From IMG/VR virus record IMGVR_UViG_3300017645_000004, positions 1-46,593 of that record: 46,593 nucleotides of DNA. One strand, written 5' to 3'. Under the pieces are notes generated by a model that did no database searches, was not told where the DNA came from, and saw only the letters and a list, made by a program, of their open reading frames with translations. This document shows, one piece after another, positions 9,092-16,718 of the stretch. The stretch is from a virus. Its lineage: Duplodnaviria; Caudoviricetes. The position numbers and the translations under genes were made by a program. The first letter of the stretch is position 1, and the number at the start of each line of letters is the position of its first letter.

Positions 9092-9175
9092 TGCCGAGGG
9101 CGGGACTCGAACCCGCAAGCCACTAGGGGCACACAGTTCTTGAGACTGGCGTGTATACCATTCCACCACCTCGGC
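9092..9175 (-). tRNA. tRNA-Leu(CAA), no encoded CCA
   Basis: GCCGAGG/CCTCGGC acceptor stem, TGGTGGAATGGTATACAC D-arm, CT-CAA-GA loop, long variable arm, GGTTCGAGTCC T-arm. Confidence 0.9.
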
Positions 9176-9626
9176 CTCACCACACTTGCGATACAGGCTC
9201 GCGGGGAGGTGAATGCTTAGCGGCAGTCTAGCTTTGACCGTTGCCCGCAATCTGCTCCCTTCACCAAGAAGCAGACACCCGCTCCCCCGTGAACCTGTAT
9301 CCGCTATTAAATTATCAAGGAACAAGAAGCGGCGAGTGCCCTATGCGGTTCTCACTCGCGCGGTGTTTCGCTTTCGATGGCGTGCGCTCCACCGCCGCAT
9401 TCCGCTTGTCGCTTCTCCTATCCCGTATACTAGCATACGCCGTATACCGCGCACGCAATCGGCACATGTGGATAGCTCTGCGCGACATGCTCGGCGACTT
9501 GTCAAATAGACCCGGCGCTACAGCTCCATATGGTGATAAAATTGACGTAGGCCGCTCTTTTTTCCGGCGGGCGACCCGCAAGCAAATCCTGCAAAGCTCG
9601 GGGTCCCTACTTGCCTGCCGCTCGCC

Positions 9627-10352
9627 ATGCTCAACAAGCTCCACATAGGCTTTTCAAGAAGCGTCTCGATCCCGGAACGCGGGTGCCTTTTCATAGATGA
9701 TGAAGTGCCGGAGGTACCAAGAGCCCGGATATTTGACCCGCGTTTCGACAGCTTCAACCCGCTAGCCAATATCGACTACAAGAAGGCGCGAGAGATCGCG
9801 GACGTGCTCTACACGCTGTATCCGCAAGGTGAGAACACGCTGACAGTGAGGAATGGACGGCGCGCGCTCATGCAAGAGCTGCTGCACGCGAAGCGCCTCG
9901 ACCAGGTGAAGGGCGACGACGAAGTGCAGGGGTTGATCGGCGACATACTCGCCTCACCGACGCTCCGCAAAGTGCTCTGCACCCGCACAAACTTTTCCTT
10001 CAAACCGAGTTCCATCATCCTCGCCCGTATCAACCGGGCAGACCTGGGCGAGTTCGATGCGCTCGTACTGGGCCTCCTTCTCATGTCGCACTTCAAGGGA
10101 CAGTTGATCGTGCCCGACTTCGGCTTCTATGGCCGAGAGGCGCATATCGGGCTGATACGCGAGAAGCGACTGACGGCCGGGGTAGACTTCCTAGGCGAGC
10201 TACCGCCGAAGCTGCGGCGGGCTGTGCTGACGATCAAAGACAAGGAAGCGAGCGGGGCAACGTACGAGGACGCGGTTACGCTTGCTCAGTACGAGCGACT
10301 GGTGCCGAATACGAATGCTTTCAATGATTTCGTCCAGGCGGCGATGATGTAG
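9627..10352 (+). CDS. Miniaturised VirD4/TraG-like protein lacking Walker A
   Basis: Colinear motifs shared with CDS 41921-43942 (IFDP...SFNPL; P.LRKV...N...IIL..N...L...A...G; LIVPD; LR.A...K.A.G..Y.D...LA). Confidence 0.6.
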   Translation: MLNKLHIGFSRSVSIPERGCLFIDDEVPEVPRARIFDPRFDSFNPLANIDYKKAREIADVLYTLYPQGENTLTVRNGRRALMQELLHAKRLDQVKGDDEVQGLIGDILASPTLRKVLCTRTNFSFKPSSIILARINRADLGEFDALVLGLLLMSHFKGQLIVPDFGFYGREAHIGLIREKRLTAGVDFLGELPPKLRRAVLTIKDKEASGATYEDAVTLAQYERLVPNTNAFNDFVQAAMM

Positions 10353-10506
10353 CGGGCCTCTTGGCGTGGCCGGAGTTTGCGCGGATGGTGCGCTCCTCGC
10401 GGTCGAGCTGGCTAAGGAGAGCCTTGAGCATGAGGCAGCCTTCGCAATACTCGCCGCGCGCACGCTGAAGCGGCGTGCACATCCTGCATCCGTCAAAACA
10501 CCTCAT
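10321..10506 (-). CDS. Small Cys-rich protein
   Basis: CxxC pairs; ATGA coupling. Confidence 0.45.
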   Translation of the reverse strand: MRCFDGCRMCTPLQRARGEYCEGCLMLKALLSQLDREERTIRANSGHAKRPATSSPPGRNH

Positions 10507-10694
10507 GGATCTATTCTACTGCGGCGCGGACGGCGTAGGCGTCCTATGCGCGGGTTTTCCGGTCGTGAGTGGCCGGTGAGCGGAATGTACTTTCGGCAGC
10601 GGCAGCCAGGGCGCTTGCACGCGCCCCGGAACCGCAGCTTCTTCCACTCATGCGCCTCGCCGCTGTGGTCGCAGTTGGCGCAGAGGGGCATCAT
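10503..10694 (-). CDS. Small Cys/His zinc-finger-like protein
   Basis: CANCDH...H...C...C.C pattern; coupled to the MTase. Confidence 0.5.
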   Translation of the reverse strand: MMPLCANCDHSGEAHEWKKLRFRGACKRPGCRCRKYIPLTGHSRPENPRIGRLRRPRRSRIDP

Positions 10695-11434
10695 AGGAGG
10701 GTGAGCTGTTGCGGCTTCTCCGGCTTATCCGGCTGCATTGGCAGCGGCGCCGGGTTGTCGTCCCGCGTTATCCAGCCGCGTTCGATGTCCCACCGAGTGA
10801 ACGCCTCGCAGCTAAGCGCGTTCCCGCACCAGACCGAACCGCTTAGACCGCGCAACATGAGATTTATGGTGCACATCTTGGCGCACCTTTCGTCCAGGTC
10901 GATACCGTAGAACAGCGCTCTCGGGTTCACCTTCGCCGCGGCGATAAGCATGATGCCTGCCCCGCAAGCAGGATCTAGGACGCGCTGGCCGTCCTTCAGT
11001 TCGGCGCAGCTCATTTGTGCCATGGCTTCCGCGATATGAAGCGGTGTGAAGTACTGCCCATGCTCTCCGAAGGAAATAGCGGACATGTAGACATCGCCGA
11101 GCGGGTCTTCTCCCCCATCCTGTATGCCCTGACATAGAGCGCTGTATGCCTGCGCGAAGTAGTCGGCGGCGCGCTCGCCTTTGGGCCTATCGTCGGTGTA
11201 CCGGCCGATAATTTTCATGTAGGCATCCTCGTGCTCGTTCTTGGGCGCGTAGGCTCCGCCGGATAGCCGGCCGGCGCGAAGCTCCGCCGTAAAGGACAGG
11301 TGCGCCGATAGGATGAGGTCGAGCCAGTCTCTAAAGACCCGGTGTCGGTCATGGCCGCCGCGTTCGATGCGCTCGAGCGCCTTCCATATCGCGCGGCCCG
11401 CCTCTGTCTGCGGTGTGTCCGCTCGTCGTCCCAT
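10691..11434 (-). CDS. N6 DNA methyltransferase-like protein (HsdM-like, short)
   Basis: D.LGDVY, GQYFTP, VLDPACGAG and YGIDLD motifs; ends before any NPPY/F motif. Confidence 0.85.
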   Translation of the reverse strand: MGRRADTPQTEAGRAIWKALERIERGGHDRHRVFRDWLDLILSAHLSFTAELRAGRLSGGAYAPKNEHEDAYMKIIGRYTDDRPKGERAADYFAQAYSALCQGIQDGGEDPLGDVYMSAISFGEHGQYFTPLHIAEAMAQMSCAELKDGQRVLDPACGAGIMLIAAAKVNPRALFYGIDLDERCAKMCTINLMLRGLSGSVWCGNALSCEAFTRWDIERGWITRDDNPAPLPMQPDKPEKPQQLTLL

Positions 11435-11437
11435 ACG

Positions 11438-11605
11438 CTAAGCGGCGGAGTTCTGGTCAAGCCAGTCGGAGAGCCGCATGGCGTGCTCGTAGATATGTCC
11501 GGCGGGCTCCTCTTGCTCTTCGTAGTGCTCTGCTTCTGATTCCAGCAGGTAATAAGCAATGACCTCTAGGGCCTGATAAGTCTTCGCGTCGATTTCGCAC
11601 TTCAT
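11438..11605 (-). CDS. Small acidic hypothetical protein
   Basis: MKCEIDAK...EAEHYEE...HIY; first gene of the MTase operon. Confidence 0.55.
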   Translation of the reverse strand: MKCEIDAKTYQALEVIAYYLLESEAEHYEEQEEPAGHIYEHAMRLSDWLDQNSAA

Positions 11606-11884
11606 TGTGGTTGGTGCGCTAGCGAGTAATGCATCCATTCTCGCACATGCTCGCGGGCAAGTTTCCGCTCGCACCTGTGCGTCAGGCGGCGGACTATAGG
11701 ACGCGAAAAAGGACACCCGAGGTGTCCTTTTGCAGTGTCCTACTAGCCCGTAACGGCTGTCCACAGGTGCGAGATCGGGGCCGGCGCTGGGGGAGCTGTG
11801 CGGGAACTGTGGCAGTAGGTTTCGCGTGAAACCGGCGGGAGCCGGGGTGGAAGTGCCCGCCCCGTGAGCGCGTGCTGTCCTAGA

Positions 11885-12025
11885 CAGCCGCGACTTCCTT
11901 TTCCTGGCGGTCACGACGGCGAGCCGGAGGCGAGGAGCGAAGCGGCGGGAGCCGCGTAGCGCCGTCGGGATTGGAAGTGTCCGTTAGGGAATAAGACCAA
12001 AGACAGGAAAAGGAAGTCGCGGCTG
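11885..12025. repeat. 22-bp perfect inverted repeat CAGCCGCGACTTCCTTTTCCTG
   Basis: Arms at ~11885-11906 and ~12004-12025. Confidence 0.85.
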
Positions 12026-12172
12026 GATAGACGCGCGAACGGTGGCGGAAATGAAGGAATTGCGGGCCTTTTGGAAAGGCCGAACAGGTAACGAAGACGT
12101 ATAACAGTAGGAAGTAGCGTAGGAGGCAGTCGTAGGAAGCGCGGCGCGCGATCGGCTATCCTAGCGTATCCC

Positions 12173-12207
12173 TTGACAACATAATTGCTAGGTATATACT
12201 CCTAGCA
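12173..12207 (+). promoter_or_regulatory. Sigma70 promoter of the transposase with an overlapping palindrome
   Basis: TTGACA-N16-TATACT, 8 nt before ATG; TGCTAGG-N8-CCTAGCA brackets the -10. Confidence 0.75.
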
Positions 12208-12208
12208 T

Positions 12209-13081
12209 ATGGGGAGTAAGAAGTACGGTATCCGATCACTCAAAAATCAGTTCCCGCACGACGGCGCGATACTAGAGTTCATCTTCGACACCCTCCACAG
12301 CCGTGAGTGCTCGTGCGGCGGGACGTATAAGCCCCTCTTTCACATAGAAAACAGCACACTGGTGGGCCGTAGGCAGTATCAGTGCTCTAAGTGCCGCTAC
12401 CAGATCGCCCCTACAGCGGGGACTATCTTTCACAAGAGCGATACACCCCTTACGCTCTGGTTCCACGCCATTCTCGTGTTCGCCAATGCTAAGAGCAGCG
12501 TGTCGGCCAAGTACCTAGAGCGCGAGCTAGAGGTTACGTATAAGACCGCATGGCGCATGTTGAAGCTCATACAGAAGGCACTCCCGCAGAGCGAGGAGCC
12601 GCTTACGGGCGATGTAGAGTTCGACGAGGGCTACATCGGTGGTGCATCGAAGCAGAAGCACTGGAAGAAGAATAAGAGCACGGTGCTTGCCGCCGTACAG
12701 CGTGGCGGTGAGATGCGAGCACGCGTCATGCCGGATGGCTCTGCGAAGTCGCATCAGCTTTTCCTCTGGCAGAACGTATCCACCAAGAGCCGCCTCATGA
12801 CGGACGGCACAAACCGCCTAGACGCCGTAGCACGTGGCTATGACAGGCATGAGGTAGATCACAACAAGAAACAGTACGTGCGCGGCGACGTACACGTGAA
12901 TCACGTCGAAAGTTTCTGGGCGCACATGAAGCGCTCTATCAAGGGCACGCACAAGGTCGTGTCTAAGAAGCACTTGCAGTCTTATGTGGACGCTTTCGTT
13001 TGGCACTACAATCAGCGCACTTACAGCGACGCCGAGAGGTTTGCGATCCTTCTCGGTGCTGTATTGCATCCCGCAAGATAG
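12209..13081 (+). mobile_element. IS1595-family (ISXO2-like DDE) transposase; element ends not resolved
   Basis: Zn ribbon CSC...CSKC, GTIF..S..PL..WF, EFDEGYIGG, LMTDG and HVNHVESFW..MKR motifs. Confidence 0.93.
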
Positions 13082-13084
13082 CCA

Positions 13085-13620
13085 AGGGGTTGGTTTTCAA
13101 CATTAGACCACTTTAGCATGTTGACCGCTCGTGCGTGGCGAGTACGATGCGGGTATCACCAACGTTGCGCTGCTGGTGTAAATGAAAACGGCCCGCTTGC
13201 GGCGGACCGTTTCCGAGGAAGGCACTACCTTGCGGTGGTGCCTTTTGTCATTTGCGCCTTGAGCGCATTTACCTCTGCACGAAGCCGATTGACTTCTTGC
13301 AAAAGCTGACCCCATATCAGCACTCCTCTCGGAGTGAATCCATGGGTGGCGACCGGCGTATCGAGTGTATTAGGGTACATACTCGACGTTTTTCTTTATC
13401 CTCGGCTACAGGGACACTACCGAGTTGTTCTTCTAAAGCGGCCCCTCCAGGAGAGACTACTGACCCCGCGAGGAGTCGCTTTAAGGAAAGAACCTACCGG
13501 ACAAACTGACAAGCAGTTACGCTTATCAGCTGTCCGCTAGGTTCTTAGGTCGAAAGAATCTTCATTCAGCTGGAAACGTCCACCTCAGTTTGTCCATCTC
13601 CGCGCCGACGGGTACGGAAG
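13085..13620 (-). ncRNA. Candidate large structured ncRNA
   Basis: About ten contiguous hairpins, GNRA loops on the minus strand, upstream TTGCTT-N16-GACAAT, no credible CDS. Confidence 0.55.
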
Positions 13621-13752
13621 ATGTATCTATTGTCCCGCCTCGCAGGGAAGAAGCAAATCAACCTTGGGGATAAAGTATGTCGCTATGGAATAGGTAGACG
13701 GCTATCCACATAGGCTTCATGGGAGGCTCATGCGGTGCGGTATAGTGTCGGT

Positions 13753-13868
13753 ATGGCAACAGACAGAAAGTCGAATATTGCGTGCGGAGCGGATCGTCTG
13801 TTGCCAAACAGCCGCGCCGCACAGAGTATTCGACGCCACAGGTAGCCGTCCTTCGGGGCGGCTTTTGT
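13753..13868 (+). ncRNA. Candidate sRNA with interleaved helices
   Basis: TATAGT at 13741, ~23-bp hairpin whose loop is complementary to the 5' end, terminator-like hairpin 13844-13868. Confidence 0.5.
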
Positions 13869-14160
13869 GTTTGTCCCAGGGGGTAAAACGGGGGGACGTT
13901 AATACGCCCGTTCCAGCGCAGCCATCCGGCATGGCGAAAGCACAGCCGGGCAAACTCAGGGAAATGACTGCGTCTCTTTCGCCCGCGTCGGCCGCTTGAA
14001 ATGCAGGCCCGTGGGGGAAAGGGGGCGCATCCAGGCAAATCTAGGGAAATAACGAAAGGCTCCAGTATATAGGGGGAAGAGGGGATTGAATTTCTGTGGC
14101 GCGCGCATGCAAAAAACCTCCGAAGAATTGGAGCGACAGTCCGAGAATAAGATCTAAATG

Positions 14161-14186
14161 AAAGAGGCCCCTCACGGGGCCTCTTT
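14161..14186. terminator. Bidirectional intrinsic terminator ending the late operon
   Basis: AAAGAGGCCCC-TCAC-GGGGCCTCTTT. Confidence 0.8.
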
Positions 14187-14203
14187 GCTGTCCGGCCGGC
14201 GCG

Positions 14204-14494
14204 TCAGTTGCGCGCCAAGGTCTGGTAGAACACGTGTGATAGGTACGCGTTCAAGCCGGTCCCGATGACGACCATGAAGCTCTCAAGAAGACCCTGAACC
14301 GTGGTCACATCAGGCTGAGCACCGTTGAGGAGAGCGGTCGCGAAGACGCCGATCAGGGAAGTCCCAATCAGCAAGGCGCGAAGCCAGGGGTGCGCTTCGG
14401 CGCCGTTGAGGAACATCCTGAGCCCCGCCAGTCGCTTATACGCGAACATGAGGGACGAGGTCAGAAACGGCAACGCAAGTACGAGTAATTCCAT
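14204..14494 (-). CDS. Holin-like membrane protein
   Basis: 96 aa, about three hydrophobic segments, next to the endolysin. Confidence 0.6.
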   Translation of the reverse strand: MELLVLALPFLTSSLMFAYKRLAGLRMFLNGAEAHPWLRALLIGTSLIGVFATALLNGAQPDVTTVQGLLESFMVVIGTGLNAYLSHVFYQTLARN

Positions 14495-14587
14495 GTAGAG
14501 AGGCTAGCTAGTAAGGCGGGTTCTGGCCCGCCGCCCTCGCTCGATGTCGAAACGCCCCAGGTCAAGGAGGGCGTGCGAGGGAGGGCG

Positions 14588-15202
14588 TCAGGTCCGAACG
14601 GCTCTCAAGCGATCGGTGAAGGCGTCAAGCCACGCGGCGATTTTCTCGATCGCCATGCGGGCCGTGTTCACATCGGGAGCGAAGTCGTCGAACATGAGCG
14701 GCAGCGGGTCTACTGCGCCAAAGTATCCATTGTTCTGCTGGGCATTGCTGCCATCGGCATTGAGCGGCTTGACCTCGAAGTGGAGGTGGTCGCCGTTCGA
14801 GTAGCCGGTGCTATCAGCGTAGCCGATGAGCTGGCCGGTGTAGACGTAGTCACCATAGTGCGCGTCAAGGGCGATGAGGTGCCAATAGCGTGTCTTCCAT
14901 CGACCGCCCTTGCTTCCGAAGTCATGCTCTATGCCGATCCCAAGGCCCCTGCTCGGCTCGGTCTCGACTTCCCGCACAAAGCCTTCCCTCGCCGCATACA
15001 CGGGCTGCCAGCGCTCCGCGTAGAGATCGAGAGCATTGTGCCCATCCATCATCGAATAGACGGACTTGAAGCCCTCTGGGGGATTGTGGCCGTCGCAAGC
15101 GATGGTCTTGGTGCCGGTGGCGAGGTCGATGCAGGCTTTGTTCTCGCCGAAGTACTGGTTTATTCCGCGGCGGGTGACGGGCCAGTAGAAGAGCTTCTCC
15201 AT
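14588..15202 (-). CDS. M23 peptidase endolysin
   Basis: HNALD (HxxxD), Y.HL, TG.S.G.HLHF and VDP motifs. Confidence 0.9.
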   Translation of the reverse strand: MEKLFYWPVTRRGINQYFGENKACIDLATGTKTIACDGHNPPEGFKSVYSMMDGHNALDLYAERWQPVYAAREGFVREVETEPSRGLGIGIEHDFGSKGGRWKTRYWHLIALDAHYGDYVYTGQLIGYADSTGYSNGDHLHFEVKPLNADGSNAQQNNGYFGAVDPLPLMFDDFAPDVNTARMAIEKIAAWLDAFTDRLRAVRT

Positions 15203-15221
15203 ATATAAATGATAGCACCCG

Positions 15222-15497
15222 CTAGAGCTTCTCCCCGTCAAGCCGTCTCATAACTCGGGCCATGAGCTTGGTGTTCTCCTGTAGCGCCATCGTGTTCTGG
15301 GAGAGCTGTTCGGTGAGGAATTTGCGAACGTCAGTCTCCACATCGCGCAGAGATTGTTCGCGCGTGAGCATTGCCTTCTCGTGCTTGTCGGCGCGATCAT
15401 CGAGAGCTTTGAGGAACTTGAGGACGACGTACACAAGGCCGAGAATAGACACAACGCCGATTGAGAGATTTGGCAGGATAGACAGTATCTCTGGCAT
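15222..15497 (-). CDS. Holin-like protein (one TM plus coiled coil)
   Basis: N-terminal TM helix; directly upstream of the endolysin. Confidence 0.55.
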   Translation of the reverse strand: MPEILSILPNLSIGVVSILGLVYVVLKFLKALDDRADKHEKAMLTREQSLRDVETDVRKFLTEQLSQNTMALQENTKLMARVMRRLDGEKL

Positions 15498-15513
15498 ATG
15501 CGGATATTCTAAC

Positions 15514-16716
15514 CTACGAATAGGTGGCCGGGACGCCTAATCCACCACTGCCGATGTCTGCGATGGCGCGACCCTGCCGCGCCTGCACGTCGACAAGCCC
15601 GCTCTTGTTCAACTCCACTTCGATCTCTACCGATCCGAGGCTGTATCGGACGCTCGTGATGAGCATGTTGTCGCGGAAGATGTCGGAGAGGGTCGAGCTG
15701 AAACCCTGCATTGAGCATGTATCGCCTGGCTGAATGCTCTCAATGTCGTAGCCAAGGCCCTGCTCGTTGTTGTTGTCCACGATCGTGCAGGTGAGCTTCA
15801 CTCCTGGCTCTTTATTCTCAGCGAGGAACTTCGCGCCAAGCGCGTTGGCTGCGTCCACGTCGCTGATGCCATAGTCGTTGATACGTTCTGTACGGCGGCC
15901 GTAGAGCGCGATCGACGCTGGGTCTGTGTATTGCTTGTAGGTCGTGTCGCCGTCCCAGATAAGGACGACATTTCGGACCTTCTCTAGTGACCGATCGACG
16001 TACACCTTCGAGAAATGGCGGCCGAAGATGAACCGATGGTCTGGCGTGCTGGATGGCGCCTTAAAGCTGAAGCGGCCGGTCTCATCGACGTACCAGTAGA
16101 CATTCGCCGGTGCGAGAGACTTCAGGATGTCCAGAGCTTCCCGATAGGTCTTCTGATTGAAAACGTAGGTTGCGTCCGATCCGGTGTCAGGCACGTCGTC
16201 AACGTCGTAGAAGACTTTGCCTGTCCCGTGTTCTGTGTTGAAGCGATCGAGCACGGTTCGAGCCATGAGCCCCACGTCTGCCGGCTCCAGGTCGCCGCTC
16301 GTCGTCGTGAGACCGGCCGGGTCAACGCTGTAGAGCGTCGTTTGCGAGCCGCTCTTAAGCACGTCGAGCGAGAGCAGTGTGTAGTATCCGAGCAAGTGGA
16401 CCCGGACTCGTTCGCTCGTGCCGTCGATTGTTCGCTCTATGAGCGAGATATAGCCGCGATAGATCGGCCGTGCGCCATAGGTGCCGTCCTCAACATCGGC
16501 GAGCTGGGTGTCCGCATCGGATATAACCAGCTCTACGTCGTTGCCTTCGCGAAGGTCCGCGCCGTCATAATCGAACGGAACGGCGTAGTCGATGATGCAC
16601 TCGCTCGGACCACCGTTGAGCTGCTTCGTGTAGCCGCGGAAGTCGATGTCCTTCCATGTCGTAAGGAAGGTCCCCGTAGGGCTCGATACTCGCGCCAGAA
16701 TAGTTTTGGCCAGCAT
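15514..16716 (-). CDS. Tail hub / Tal-like protein
   Basis: Follows Dit; S...YG.R...I.D and I.PGD motifs. Confidence 0.7.
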   Translation of the reverse strand: MLAKTILARVSSPTGTFLTTWKDIDFRGYTKQLNGGPSECIIDYAVPFDYDGADLREGNDVELVISDADTQLADVEDGTYGARPIYRGYISLIERTIDGTSERVRVHLLGYYTLLSLDVLKSGSQTTLYSVDPAGLTTTSGDLEPADVGLMARTVLDRFNTEHGTGKVFYDVDDVPDTGSDATYVFNQKTYREALDILKSLAPANVYWYVDETGRFSFKAPSSTPDHRFIFGRHFSKVYVDRSLEKVRNVVLIWDGDTTYKQYTDPASIALYGRRTERINDYGISDVDAANALGAKFLAENKEPGVKLTCTIVDNNNEQGLGYDIESIQPGDTCSMQGFSSTLSDIFRDNMLITSVRYSLGSVEIEVELNKSGLVDVQARQGRAIADIGSGGLGVPATYS

Positions 16717-16718
16717 AT

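Noticed and set aside
11606-11914. N-terminal extension of ORF 11438-11914
   Set aside because: Runs through inverted repeats and a terminator-like hairpin; the ATG at 11605 is more plausible
13452-13463. AGAGACTAC, resembling the group I intron R element
   Set aside because: No matching P, Q or S elements and no interrupted host gene found
13118-13540. Two in-frame ORFs separated by TGA (possible pseudogene or recoding)
   Set aside because: No recognisable protein features, and dense hairpin coverage explains the region better. Genuine genes here use TGA as stop, so there is no evidence for an alternative genetic code
13683-13702. GGAATAGGTAGACG, resembling a tRNA-Leu D-arm
   Set aside because: No anticodon arm, T-arm or acceptor stem follows
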